A stretch of DNA of 64,000 bases from Eledone cirrhosa (Eukaryota), in assembly GCA_964016885.1 (NCBI GenBank), contig OZ024741.1, forward strand, positions 150,846,001-150,910,000. Reading direction: 5' to 3'. Each line of letters starts with the position of its first letter. The first letter of the stretch is position 1. The position numbers and the translations under genes were made by a program. Positions 42,440-59,150 of this stretch are shown here, piece by piece. The notes beneath the pieces are model-generated. The model worked only from the letters and a program-made list of their open reading frames with translations, was not told the DNA's origin and searched no databases.

Positions 42440-42822
42440 TAATAATTGTTTCTACTTTTGGCACAAGGCCAGCAATTACCCAGTGCATTACTGTTACTTT
42501 ATTTTATCCACTCCGTAAGGATGAAAGGTAAAGTTAACCTCGGCGTGATTTGAACTCAGAATGGCAAGGGCCTTAACTCTATGCGTCAAAGCATGGCGTC
42601 CGACCCTCTACCGATACTGCCAATCCTAATAATTGTTTCTACTTTTTAGCACAAGGCCAGCAATTGTCCCAATACATTACTGGCACTTTATTCTATCGAC
42701 CCCGTAAGGATGAAAGGCAAAGTTAACCTCGGCGGGATTTGAGCTCAGATCATAAAGAGCCGTAACTCTATGCTGCAAACCATGGCGTCCGACCCTCTAC
42801 CGATACTGCCAGCCCACCTCCC
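42440..42822 (-). mobile_element. two tandem SINE S1 copies
   Basis: Copies at 42440-42626 and 42627-42822. Confidence 0.92.
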
Positions 42823-43358
42823 TAATAATAATGAGTTGTTTTAGTCATTGGACTCTTGTCAGTCTGGAGCAACGCTTTCAATGTGTTAGTCGATCGTATC
42901 GATCGCAGGACTTTTTCCAGTCTAGTACTTATTTGATCTATATTTGTAGAAACGTAAAGTTACGCGTTCTGACATAATACTAGGTATGTATTTTGGAACG
43001 ATACCGGTTTTTACATGAGCACAGACACGGGAATACAGGCACACGGAAATATCTGTGTGTCTCAGTGTATGTGTGTATATATAACTGTGTATTCTGTAGA
43101 TGCAATCATGTATTATATATAACAGAAAGAAGGAAAAGAAAAGAACATTAATACATAGATATAATCAATGTCTCTTGTTGAACTTTTGTCTTTTAATCTA
43201 AGAAACCATCTTTCATTACACTTTCTAAAAAACCCATATTAACAGCTACACATACGTATGCACTTACATAAAAATTAAAACCCTCGCCGACCTACACATA
43301 GATTCATTAGCACAATCATATACAGCAGCACACATACATACACATAGACGCGCACACA

Positions 43359-43740
<382 letters not shown>

Positions 43741-44640
43741 TACGAATATGCCTTTGATGTTTTAAAGAACCAGAGATAAGATTAGAATGGTGATGGTTTA
43801 TTAAAGATTAAAGATAAAAAAATGTAATTTGCAGCCTACTAATCTATGTTATTTCACCGTTGATAGCGTTTTATGAAGAGCTGAAAGAGGAGATAATCAA
43901 TCACAAGAAAGATCAATATTGTTTCAAATTTTTTTAAAAGGGCTTATAGCCGATTATATCTATTCCAATGCATCACTGGGAAGTTTTACAATTGAAAATA
44001 GAAACCATGTTATATATTGAAATATCTGCATGACATATTCAATATCTTTCCGGATACGGTTGCATTTTCTGTAATCTGGCGTGAATAGAGGAACACAGAA
44101 TACCTTTATTAGAATAACTCCAAAGAGATTCTTTTGAGATTATTCCTGTTTATATACACTGAATATCTAATTCAAGTTAGAATATCTAATTCAAGCATAC
44201 AGATCGCCAGGTAAGATTAACTGAAAGAATAGGAGAAATATAGAATGGTAGAGATTGAAGACATGGGGAAACGAAATATATAGAAAGGAAGAGAACGAGA
44301 GAGCTGGAGAGTGGAAATAAAAGTTGTTGTAATAGTTTGAAACAGAAAGTGTTAATAAGAAAAGTTAAAATGATGCTGAAGGTAAGCGGAAGTGACAACA
44401 GGGGAGTGGTCATTGTAATTATGATACGACTTTGTTGTGGCATTATTGATGTCTATTATCCATTCGGGATCAATAAAATATTTACCAGTCAAGAAATGGT
44501 TAAAGAGAAACAAAACATAGAGATTGATGAGTAAGGAGAGATGGAAAGAATAAGAAATATATTGGAAGAGATAGCAAGCGAGAGAAAAAGAAAAGACTAA
44601 ACATAAAAGATAGAAGATGCAAGTAAGAGATGGGGAAAAT

Positions 44641-44716
<76 letters not shown>

Positions 44717-44789
44717 GAGAGAGAGAGAGACGGAGATAGATAGATAGATATAGATATATATAGAGAGATAGATATATATAGAGAGAGGG

Positions 44790-45365
44790 ATAATTGTTTC
44801 TACTTTTGGCACAAGGCCAGCAATTACCCAGTACATTACTGGTACTTTATTTTATCGACCCCGTAAGGATGAAAGTCAAAGTTAACCTCGGCGGGATTTG
44901 AACTCAGACTGTAAATGGACGTAACTATGCTAGAAAGCATAGCGTCCAACCCTCTACCGATACTGCCAATTCACCGATAAGAGCAAAACACAATGAGTCA
45001 GCAGTTTGGTGAAACCAAAGAAGCAGACAGCTATATACAAAAGAAAGAATGCGATGATTACTTACGAAAGAAAGAGGGACAAGAATTAAAAGTGAGATGG
45101 CTAGAAGGAAGACGCGCATAAACATTATAGGAGGATGAAATAGTATTTACTCACAGTCATATAACATTTCAAATGTCGTTGTTCCAATGAAGAAACGAGC
45201 AAAATAATAGTTTCTGATTTAGGCACAAGGCCAGCCATTTTTGGGGAAGAGAAAGTGAATTAAATCGATCCCCAGTGCATTACTGGTACTTTATATGTCG
45301 ACTCCGCAAGGCAAAGCTAACCTCGGCGGGATTTGAACTCAGAATATAAAGGGCCGTAACTCCAT
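44790..45365 (-). mobile_element. two SINE S1 copies (44790-44975, 45204-45365)
   Basis: Meta domain and tail on the minus strand. Confidence 0.9.
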
Positions 45366-45371
45366 GGCAAT

Positions 45372-45488
45372 AATAGTCGCTCACTATAAATTATCTCATT
45401 GAGATAATCGGGTAAAATACAAAGACGTCAGCCAGGAATCGAACTCTGCACCTTTCTGACACCAGACGAGTGTATTAACCACTACTTT
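45372..45488 (-). mobile_element. short tRNA-derived SINE (family S3); second copy at about 47385-47535 (+)
   Basis: A-box-like tagtggtta, B-box gagttcgattcctgg, followed by gacgtct; shared by both copies. Confidence 0.65.
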
Positions 45489-45492
45489 TATG

Positions 45493-45539
<47 letters not shown>

Positions 45540-45543
<4 letters not shown>

Positions 45544-46280
45544 TATGTACGCATGTATACGTACATACATATATGTATACATACGTACAGTAGTATGTAT
45601 ATATATACATACATGCACACATATATATATGCACGTATCAGTTTACCGAACATTTATTATAATGCTCGGTTTGTTTGTAAACAAACAAACAGCCCGAATT
45701 ACACCATACAGTGTTTAGGCAACCACGTCACCTTTTTGTTCAACACTGACACAGGAACGATGTACTAGTTTCAAGCTTATTAGCTATCATCAGCATCGTA
45801 TACCTTGCTGCCAGATGGTTCAACGTCTGAAAGTATATACTTTCCTTATGCATATTAACGGCTGAGCAGCCTAATTTGCATTCGTTTCATTCTATTCCAT
45901 GTATCGCTTTCGGTGCACCCGGCCGACTAAACTCACTCGATATGCAAATTAGGCTGCTCAGCCCTTAATATGCATAAGGAAAGTATATACTTTCAGACGT
46001 TCAACCATCTGGCAGGAAGGTATACGATGCTGACGATAGCTAATAAGCTTGAAACTAGTACATCGTTCATGTGTCAGTGTTGAACAAAAAGGTGACGTGG
46101 TTGCCTAAACACTGTACGGCGTAATTCGAGCTGTTTGTTTGTTTACAAACAAACCGAGCATTATAACAAATGTTCGGTAAACCGATACGTGCATATATAT
46201 ATGTGTGCATGTATGTATATATATATACCTACTACTGTACGTCTGCATACATATATGCATGTACGTATACATACATACTT
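45540..46280. mobile_element. fold-back element (about 340-bp arms, 60-bp spacer) with two divergent intact hammerheads
   Basis: Arms 45540-45881 and 45942-46280; HHR 45757-45799 (-) and 46024-46066 (+): acgaug CUGA(U/C)GA u AGCU aaua AGCU u GAAAC ua GUA|caucgu. Confidence 0.92.
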
Positions 46281-46336
46281 ACATCTAAGTAACTGCCATA
46301 CTAAGAGTGAGAGATGAAATTTCGTTTCATTCTATT

Positions 46337-46422
<86 letters not shown>

Positions 46423-46614
46423 GCCGATCATATATATATATCGACCGGCCGGTTACATATACATCTGCTGATATGCAAATCTGGCTGATCAATGGGTCTG
46501 CTAATATACAGATCTGCAAGGTCGGCCAGTTTGCTAATATGCAAATCAGTCACTGTATATTTCAGAAAATATCATATATTTTCACTAGCTCTGACAATTG
46601 GCAGGTAAGCAGTA

Positions 46615-46663
46615 AACCGTACTGATGAAGAGTAATCACACAGAAACATTAGTGTCTGCAGTT
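46615..46663 (+). ncRNA. type I hammerhead with decayed stem II
   Basis: aaccgua CUGAUGA ... GAAAC auuagu GUC|ugcaguu. Confidence 0.65.
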
Positions 46664-46942
46664 CTGTTTGCATGCCAACAGAAGAGCGAGAATGAGGTGC
46701 TCATTCTACTGTTATAGCTTATAAAAGAGGCGGTTTGCATAATTGAAAACGAATTGAATATTATTATTAATATTCGAAAACCTCAGATTACATTTATATA
46801 TATATATACTGGAATTTAAACGTCAAGTTACTGTTGGTTCGCCAAAATGAGTACATTATATATATATGAATATATATATGTATATATATTGGTGCCTTTG
46901 TCTGTGTGTATGTATACACACACACACACATGTATGTACACA

Positions 46943-46977
<35 letters not shown>

Positions 46978-47341
46978 ACATACATGATGTGTCTTTTAAA
47001 GAGAGCCAAACATTCGAAAGATGCCAGAATATTATATCTGTACTAGGCTATTAGATGACGTTAAATTTGTTTTTTTTACAGCTGTGAACCGATCAATCAA
47101 TCACCTGATCATGTTCAATAACTATGTTTATGTTGATATGTGTCCGATATCTTTTTTTAATCTATTCGTATTCTTAAATATAACCCGTAATTTGATAGGA
47201 TGATTTCACTCAGTATTGTATTCATACATCTTCAAAGTCTTAAGAATATAATTATAATTTTGGCAGATAAATACGGGGCGCTCACACATACATACATACA
47301 CACGCACACGTACACACACACACACACACACACGTGCGCGG

Positions 47342-47372
<31 letters not shown>

Positions 47373-48635
47373 AACAAGTGGTGCTCTTTAAATTGGTGGT
47401 AAACGCACTTTCTTGGCATCCAGGAGATGTGAGAGTTCGAATCCTGGCAACAGACGTCTCTGCCTACATTTCTTTTTAAATTCAAGAGGTACTTTACCCT
47501 ATTTTCTGAACTATTCTTTATAGTGATCGATTATTAAATGAATGGCTGTTTATATGCGCACGTACACACACACACATACAGATGTATTAGCAGCAGCGTA
47601 ATTCATATACGATATGCTTATGTATGATAAAGATGTATAAAGTTTCGCCATGACAGTTTAAGCTGTGGTCGTGACACGTTTATCTCAGTAACTGTGTGAA
47701 AGTACTAGATACTAATGTTTTAGGATTTTGTATCAATCATTAGTGACATTCGCAGATAAACCACATTTCGGGTCGTTTTCTGCTAGCATGTGTAGTGTGT
47801 ATATTGATATTATACGCAAGTATATATGCATGTAGATATGATAAATCAAATAAAATCGTAATTGACAATATACACAAAAATTGAACGAAGACTGCGTTAC
47901 ACTGTCTTCTGTAATCAGTAACGTAATCCATGATACATTAAAAAAAAGACGATATTATATATAAACTGCATTAGGAGAAAATTAGTGACGGAAATATATG
48001 AATGTTTATTTAAGCGATCGCTAACCGGAAGTGTTGACATTTGAAAATTTTAAAGAAGTCAATCTTTAAATAAATAATAAAATATTTTTAATCAACAGCT
48101 ACGAAATTTAGTAGATAAATTATGTAATATTCATTCATTATTTATTCAAAGTAATCCAACTTATTTTACAAACGGGATAAAAAAAAAAATTCTGGATGCA
48201 GTCCCGCACTCCTTACTTTATTATAGTTTAGATTTACTCACTTGGTACTGAGATGTGTATAAACTATTGTATACGCAGACCTGTTTACACTCCCCGTCCG
48301 ATGGGGAGATCTCCCACCCACTTAGGGGTGGGTCAGAGATGTCTTCTCTTGTGAAAATGTGTATTAGCTTTCATTATATAAAATCTCCCAATTTTGCCTC
48401 ATTTCTCCCCGTTTGGGTTTTTAGAGGTTGGTAGGTCTGTATATATATATATATATACATTTGTGGAATATAACATGAAATATTCATTTGTATATAGCGC
48501 GTTCTTGATTGCTAATCAATTCCAGGTAAACCCAACGCACGCTGTATAAAAATGATATATGCCTTCATATGCACCTCCGAGGGAAATTTAGTAACCTACA
48601 TTATCTCTAGGTGTGATGTTCATACAATCCTTACC

Positions 48636-48713
48636 CCTGTTGATAAGCCGTAGGATTCTGTGACACAGCCACTAATTTTTGGCGAAACAAACTCTTTCTG
48701 TAGTTTGTCCAGG
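48636..48713 (+). ncRNA. type I hammerhead, U3-A8 variant, long stems (family H-K)
   Basis: ccug UUGAUAA GCCG...UGGC GAAACAAACU cuuucugu AGUUUGUC|cagg; 4-bp stem I and 7-bp stem III. Confidence 0.85.
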
Positions 48714-48919
48714 AGCTTAATAGTTATTGAAATGGTTAGTACATTTTAATTAATTTCTTTCCGGTTATTATATATTTTCCATTTTTTAGTAGATTATATG
48801 CATTGCACCAAAGTGGTTTTTCAACCCACGTAATTCAAAACACTTCTTTGTGTGTTCATTTCTATATATTATATTATATTTATATATATATTAGTAAACG
48901 TAGATTTACCGCGAGCTCG

Positions 48920-49060
<141 letters not shown>

Positions 49061-49175
49061 CATATATATATATATATCATGTTTAATATAGAAATGGCTT
49101 CTGCCTGACTAGAACTGTTTAATTCAACGGAAAACAAAGCAAGGTTTCACATTGAGGTCTTTATTGATTATACAT

Positions 49176-49259
49176 AGTTACGACCGTTTCACAGATGGGC
49201 GGCTCGGGATCTATATTAATGCTCTAGACCCGACTCTAGCCCGAATTGCTCTTCAGACT
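49176..49259 (-). ncRNA. type I hammerhead with long stem II
   Basis: agu CUGAAGA GCA..GGGC..UCGGG...CCCGA..GCCC..UGU GAAAC gguc GUA|acu. Confidence 0.8.
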
Positions 49260-49292
49260 TGTTAATCAAACAAAACCAATATAAGGGCAGAG

Positions 49293-49487
49293 GTTTGGCA
49301 GTAACGGTAGAATGTCACACACCATGGTTCGCAACATAGAGTTACGGCCCTTTACATACTGATTTCAAATCCCACAGAGGTTAGATTTGCTTTCATCCTT
49401 AAAGGGTCGATAAAATAAGTACCAGTAATGCATTGGAGTAATTTGATCGATTCCCCTCCCCAATAGTTGTGCCTAAATCAGAAACAA
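49293..49487 (+). mobile_element. SINE S1
   Basis: Head, Meta domain and tail recognisable. Confidence 0.85.
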
Positions 49488-49509
49488 ATATATATATATA
49501 TATATATAT

Positions 49510-49830
<321 letters not shown>

Positions 49831-49840
49831 CATATATATA

Positions 49841-49928
<88 letters not shown>

Positions 49929-49944
49929 ATATATATAAATATAT

Positions 49945-50260
49945 AACGAAGGAAGTGTGGTAAGGAACCAGGTGGACCATAACAGACCAGAGTCCAGAAA
50001 TAGCTGTCGAAACGGCTTGCGCTTTGCCGTCGGGGTCCTGACTATTTTCCTATATATATATATATATGTGAAAATGTATGACCCCCGACGGCAGAGCTCA
50101 AGCCATTTCGACGGCTATTTTTGGACTGAAATAGCCGTCGAAACAGCTTGAGCTCTGCCGTCGGGGTCATACTTTTTCCTATTTCCCATCTACTACCGTA
50201 AGTATTGAATACTCTGGTGCGTTCTGGTCCATCTGGCTCCTTACCACAATTCCTTTGTTT
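49945..50260. mobile_element. two H-half elements
   Basis: 50009-50037 GAAACGGC uugcgcuuu GCCGUC|gggguc; palindrome at about 50070-50175 plus family tail. Confidence 0.8.
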
Positions 50261-50429
50261 TATATATATATATATATATATATAACCAAAATTAAATTAA
50301 GGATGTCATGTCTGAGAAACATACGCCAATATATATATGTCAATTGATTTCTAATTGAATGCTATATATAGTGGTAGAACACTGGAAGGTATTATCCGTA
50401 GTGGTAGAGCACTCAGTTCAAGAACTCAT

Positions 50430-51524
50430 GCCACCCTCCCACTGTTTTTAGAAACTTCGTAAATAATATCAGTACTAGAATCTCAAACCTCCCTTCTAAT
50501 AAGGCTATCTTTGACAGAGCGGCACCCTACTATAACACGGCGTTAGCTAACAGCGGCTTCTCGCAACCTATCACTTACTCTCCCACTAACAACAACAGAA
50601 ATAAGAAAACAAAGCGTAACAATAGACAAACTATATGGCCCTCTCCACCCTTCTCACTCAACGTTAAAACCAATGTAGGCAAAACATTTCTGGCCCTCTT
50701 AGATAGACACTTTCCCATAGGTCATAAATACCGCTCCATCTTTAACCGACACCAAGTAAAACTAGGATACTCCTGCGCTAAGAACATGAAGGCCCACATC
50801 ACCAACAGCCCTAAGGGGCAACACCCCAGGGTGCTTTTGCCGTAACTCCGAAGCTTGGCCCCTTCAACAGCAATGCAACACACCCGCTGTAGTTTATGAA
50901 CCTGTGGTCACTTCCAACCGACCAAATCAACCACAGGAGGTCAAATCCTATGTGGGTATGGCGGAGGGCCGATTTAAAGAACGCTTCCTGAAGCACCAGT
51001 CGATCTTTAGGTACCCGGACTGACGTTCATCCACGAAACTCGCGAGCCACGTATGGTCCCTCAAGGACTCAAGTATAGACTCCTCCATTCAATGGGAAGC
51101 CATCACTAAGTTCAAGCCATATGCAAGGGGAAATCCGTCGTGTGGACCATGTATTGATGAACGAATAAATATTCTAAAGAGATTACGCAATAGCGATTGC
51201 CTAAACTTAAGAAATGAATTCTTCACACGTTGTCCAGACGTCTGGAAACACCTCTTACACAACTACAAAGCTCCGGATTGAATTACAACAACATCCTAAT
51301 TTTCTTATCAACTAGAAACTTTCGGACTTTCGCATTTATCTCCCTTACACCTCTCGCACGCAATTTAGTATTGCCTGAGTGAAGTGACCGTTTCTGCGCA
51401 TGCGCGTTCGTACGGTTGTCCTTCCTGTTCCGTATAACCATCATGTCCATTACGAGCTGAGGATCCGCTAAGGTGAAACAGTTGTTCTCGGTTAGGTATG
51501 GTGAACTAACTGTTGTGTAACCAC

Positions 51525-51530
<6 letters not shown>
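50430..51530 (+). mobile_element. Penelope-like remnant (linker + GIY-YIG) with 3' hammerhead at 51453-51490
   Basis: IWPSPPFSLNVKTNVGKTFLALLDRHFP...VVYE...SYVGMAEGRFKERFLKH; HHR cgag CUGAGGA u CC gcuaa GG u GAAAC aguu GUU|cucg. Confidence 0.9.
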
Positions 51531-51582
<52 letters not shown>

Positions 51583-51614
51583 AGATCAAAAGATGGTTAA
51601 AGGAGTTCCATATA

Positions 51615-51681
51615 TTTTCTTATGCGCATTTCAAAAACAAACATCATCATGCAATAATATTTGTGTTTTCATCAGATAAAA
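51615..51681 (-). ncRNA. type I hammerhead
   Basis: uuuuau CUGAUGA AAAc ACAAAUAUUAUUGCAUGAUGAUGUUUGU uUUU GAAA ugcgca UA|agaaaa. Confidence 0.8.
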
Positions 51682-53308
51682 CAGGAGAACATGATATGAA
51701 GGCTAAAAAACACTTGTGGATAGTGCAGTTTTAAATCAACATATGAAAAAGTGGTTTTAGATTGATGTGTGATATTGGGAAAAATATTTTATTTAGAGAG
51801 GGGGGGGGGTGGAAAGGATGAAAAGGGAAGGAGATGAGAGGGAGAGATGGGTGATAGAGAGAAAGAGATAGTTTTTATAACTGAGAGGAGATATATTTTT
51901 TACATAGAGAGGTTGAAAACCGTTGGAAGATACTGTATAAATTAAAAATTTTGAAAATTAACGAAGGGAGGATATGTGCGAGGAAAAAATATTTTATTTA
52001 GGGAGGGGGGGTGGAAAGGATGAAAAAAAAGGGGGAGGAGATGAGAGTGATGGTGGAGAGGGAGAGATGGGTGATAGAGAGAAAGAGATAGTTTTTATAA
52101 CTGAGAAAAAGATATATTGTTTTAACATATATATATTGTTTTAACATTTTTTGACGTTAGAATATTCATCCACAATTATTATTTTTTTCTCTCTATCTTC
52201 ATACATAATTTCCCTTCGTTAATTTTCAAATTCCTTTAATTTATACATTATCTTCCAACGGTTCCCAACCTCTCTTTTTAAAAGAATTGTCGCTCTCATT
52301 TTTTCAATAATGTCACTTTGATGAATCAAAGAAAGAAGAAAAAAAAAAGAAAAACAGGTTCTTAAATATATTTTCCGGGCTATTTCCAATTTCACATTTT
52401 CTCTATAACCACTGTTTTTTTAAAATAGAATCTTACTTCCCTTTTCATATATACAGTATATATAATTTATTTCTAGGATACAGTAACATACAAATGTTCA
52501 GCATATATGTACAAATGAGATACATAAATGTATGAGTAACAAATGTAAGGTTAGACACCAGGACCTTGTGATTAGAAAGCGATCTTCTTATGGTAACAAT
52601 ATAACTGATATAGGAAATACATTGTGCGTATGTGTGTGTATTTTTGTGTGAAATTTTTTAAGCATGAGACGGATATATATATATAAATATACAAACACGT
52701 GGCGTATTATTATAGATGATACTAAATGGACAGTTATTTCTTTAAGAAATATCAACAACAATTATTTCAAATAGCTGTGATCAACAACATCGATGACGAG
52801 CCAGCCACCCATTGCTAACATTTAAAATTTGCACTAATGCGTCATCAATCATTTAACAACAATTTTAATTCATACTTGTAAAATCCTAAAGCATTCTTAA
52901 TCTTCGAGACGTCTTTGTAATTCTTTTAAATCGTATGCAAACGGAAGAATTGGCTTAAATAATTGATTAGATATTTACTTGCTTTTTTCAGTTTTTATTT
53001 TTCATAACTGTTTATTGTTGTTGTTGTTGTTGTTCTTTTACATTTCTTTCACAAAACAAAAATGAAATTACTTCTGACAAAAACACAGCAGTAGAAAAAT
53101 CTGTTAATTTAGAATTAGTTAAATAATAAACGACATAAAAAATAAAACAAAATGTGACAGCAATATAATGTATTGAAGTACTTCTGTTTCTTTTTGTGTT
53201 TTAGACATACGGGAATATTTACATTGTGCCTTGCCAATTGATATTTGCCAACTCTTATCCTTTTATAATAGGACAATTACTATTATCATCTTTATATAAA
53301 ATACTAAG

Positions 53309-53508
53309 AGCGGTAAATTTGTAATATAGGACAACATACTCTGCAGTTACGACTTTCTACGTTTTGAGTTCAAATCCGGCTGATGTTTACTTTGCCTTTC
53401 ATCCTTCCACTGCTAATAAAATAAAGTATCCGTTAAGTACTGGGGTCAATATAATCGACTTTCTCCATTCCTCATGTTGCTGGCCTTATGCCGATGTTAG
53501 AAATAATT
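53309..53508 (+). mobile_element. old SINE S1 copy
   Basis: gagttcaaatcc...tttgcctttcatcctt...ataaaataaagta...tgctggcctt. Confidence 0.8.
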
Positions 53509-54867
53509 AATATACAGATAACTGGAAGTGCGTCACGTATTTTTACCGCTCCATAAATCTCAAAATAATTGTTAAATTACCCACTTTTATTGATAAGTAA
53601 TATTATATTTTTGCTTTGCATTTTGTTTCTGAATAAATTGCAAGATGGAGTTTTTTTGTTTATCTGTACCATTAAGATGCTAAATACATTAATAAATTAT
53701 ATTTGTCTTGCAGATTACTTAGTGATAATATTGTCAAATATATATATATAAAGAAGGGCATGAAAGCTTCCTGCTTCTGGTTCACCCCATCTCCACCCTC
53801 CAAAAATATTGAAATATATATAACTAAACCACTTATCGCCACCGAAGTTCCGCCTAACCATGGCACTAATGACAAATAAAACAACACATCAATAACATTG
53901 TGTCCAGCATTAATAGAAGTAATAATGATCACATCTACACATCCACTTCCACCTTCAAATCAGTAATATGCATGAAATTATGATGGAAATGGCCAGTAGA
54001 CCAGCTACATCTATCAGAGGCAACGCTTTTACATTCTTCCCCTTTACTACTTAAAGCAGAAATTTTGTTGGCACTTCTATCGCCACCATCACGGTAATGA
54101 CATTCGTCGAAGCCGTACTGTCAAGAATGGAATATATTTTCTTGCAAATATAGAGAACTTCAGGCAAAGGTACAAAGTTTGCAGTTTACGACCTGATATG
54201 CTCGCTTTGCTAGAAGCAAAATGGGAAAAATCACAAAGTACGATTCACTAGAAATGTGTAAATAGAAAATAAAATGGTGAATTGACAACCCTACACACTC
54301 GCAGGTCCGACAAATATACGATAGATGCATGGAGTTCAATATGGCAGATGTGAGCAGTATGAGATATGGTGGTCTTAGGTCTCAATGAAGAGTAAGCTAG
54401 GAAAATAGCTAGAGAAATCATGCGCCTCTGAGGACTATTTATTACTGCCATCTTATAAAGAGGAAAAGAACCTGTAACGAAGGCGGCACTCACTAATATA
54501 TCACATAATATACGCATTAACTATTTCATAAAATCTTTCGATGGTTTTCAACTTGAGATCAACATTTATCCATACATGGTCGAAGCTTAGAATTGAAGTG
54601 CAGATGCAGTCAACATTGCAATTATAATCACATCAACAGCAACACGGGCAGTAACGATAACAGCAGCGCAAACACCCCCCGCTCTAAACGCACAAACTAA
54701 TATTCACATTCATTTATTTGGTCGCATATATGTCTTTTGTTTACTGTCACAATTTTACTGCAACACAGATCAAGTCATAAACCACGCTAATTCGACGTTT
54801 AAGGCTTTTATTTCGTCCTACGGAAAGGGTGTTGTTTTGTGAAGGGTAAGATTGTGTTTAAAGTAAA

Positions 54868-55032
54868 TAGGTGCAGGCATGGCTGTGTGGTTGAGAAATT
54901 CCCTCCACAACAACGTGGTTTCGAGCTCAGTGCCACTGCGTCGTACCTTCAGTAGGTGTTATCTGTTGTAGCCTTAGTGTAACCAATGTCTTGAGAATGA
55001 AATAGGGTAAACGGAGATTTTCTGGAAGCCCG

Positions 55033-55082
<50 letters not shown>

Positions 55083-55250
55083 ACGAACACACGTACACAC
55101 ACACATGTATTGCAGTTCAACGAAAAGAAATCAATGAAATATGTAGAATGTTGAAAAAATACTGGAGTCGATATGATCAATTAAAAACCAATTCACAGTG
55201 GTGCTCCTGCATGGTCACAGTCTAATGACTGAAACAAGAAAAATATTAAG
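54868..55250 (+). mobile_element. decayed tRNA-derived SINE S2 with internal (CA)n
   Basis: Head ggtgcaggcatggctgtgtggt...cagtgccactgcg, then gaagcccgtc, tail tgactgaaacaag. Confidence 0.75.
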
Positions 55251-55496
55251 AGTAAAGGCCACGAAGAAGAAGGAGAAAATATGAATGTAAATTTGATTGA
55301 TTATATATCTAATGTCTACGGTGTATATGGTTAATTGTTAATTACCATTATCAATTTTGAAAGTTGAAAAGAAATATTTGATAAAATGACATTTATTTAG
55401 TAAAATCAAAAAAATATTTTGGTAGGGTTAGCCGCCAATCTAAACATATGCAACAGTTGATGTACACTTCAGTTTTATTATTAATCAGGTAATTAT

Positions 55497-55921
55497 GGCT
55501 GTGGATTAATAGAACCGTTAGAGCATCGAAGAAAATACTTTGCGATATTTAGTTAAAACTTTCTACAATCTGAGATCAAGTCTCCCCGAGGTCAAATTTC
55601 CCTTCCATCCTTCCGAGGTCGATAAAATAAAGTATCAGTAAAGTACTGGGGTTGATATAATCGACTTTCTCCTCTTCAAAAATTGCTAGACTTGTACTTA
55701 AATTAGAGCCACGAAGAAGGCGGTGGATTGGTGGAATTACCAAATTATTTTGAGTTAATTCTTTCAGCTCTTTACGTTCTGAGTTTAAATCCCACCGAGG
55801 TTATCTTTGCCTTTCATCCTTACAGGATCGATAAAATGATGTATCAGTAACTCACAGGGGTCGATATAATCCACTTCACTCCAAAAATTGTTGGCCTTGT
55901 GTCTAAATCAGAAACCATTAT
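55497..55921 (+). mobile_element. two tandem old SINE S1 copies
   Basis: Copies at 55497-55708 and 55718-55921. Confidence 0.82.
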
Positions 55922-56414
55922 TTCATCAGGTGATAAATCCATCAATCAGTTAGTTAATCAAATTATTAATTAATTGTGAAAATCCTTTCATCACAGCCTG
56001 TGACCTTCTTGGTAACTAATGATCTATTTGTCTTGCCATCGTCTACATTTACTTCATCATGTCTCAGTGTTATATTAAGTGATAAAGTGATAACTTAGTA
56101 AAGTTACAGAATAAACGCTATGGGGAGATATTTAATGATGTAAGGTAGATAGAAATACGAAGGTAATTGATGTATATTGTCTGTATATACGTATATATAA
56201 ATATTTAATATCTTCTACAGCTAATGGCTATTTCAGAGTTTTGTATCATTATAGTAAACATTAAAGTAAGACGGAACTTGAATCAGCAAGCGACATTTTT
56301 AGTTGTATTGAATTATTATATGTATTATTATATTTAAATGTGTCTTTATAACCTAGTACTGAGGTATATATTTAATTTTGAAGACACTTAGCTACAATGA
56401 GCAAATTCACGTTC

Positions 56415-56509
<95 letters not shown>

Positions 56510-56542
56510 TATCTCTCTCTCTGTATATATATATATATATAT

Positions 56543-58355
<1,813 letters not shown>

Positions 58356-58372
58356 TATATATATATATATAT

Positions 58373-58527
58373 GCGGCAAATTGGCAGAGCTCTTAGTACG
58401 TCGGATAAAATGGTATGAAGTATTCATTCCTATTTCCGACTCTCTGCTCCCAAATTCCGCTGAGGTCAACTTTGACTTTCATCCCTTTAAGGTCGACAAA
58501 AAGTACCAGTTTTGAACTGGGATCGAT
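58373..58527 (+). mobile_element. old SINE S1-related copy
   Basis: ttggcagagctcttag...gaggtcaactttgactttcatccctttaaggtcgac...gtaccag. Confidence 0.75.
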
Positions 58528-58699
58528 TCTTCTCTATATCTCTTTCTCACTTCCATTCTTTCACTCTCTCTATCCTTCTCTGAAAGAAATCTACTGTATT
58601 CAGACATGGAGAGGAGACGGGCTCCACCGGGTTTAAAAATGTCCGAGAAACGCCGTATGTCAATACGGCCCCACTACAACTCCATCAGGTGTTACCGAA

Positions 58700-59150
<451 letters not shown>

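Noticed and set aside
45420-45488. tRNA gene (also 47385-47450)
   Set aside because: A/B boxes only, no acceptor stem, and a shared downstream body indicates a SINE head
53740-54720. Unique-looking segment with 86-89 aa ORFs
   Set aside because: No recognisable motif, splice structure or second copy in the window
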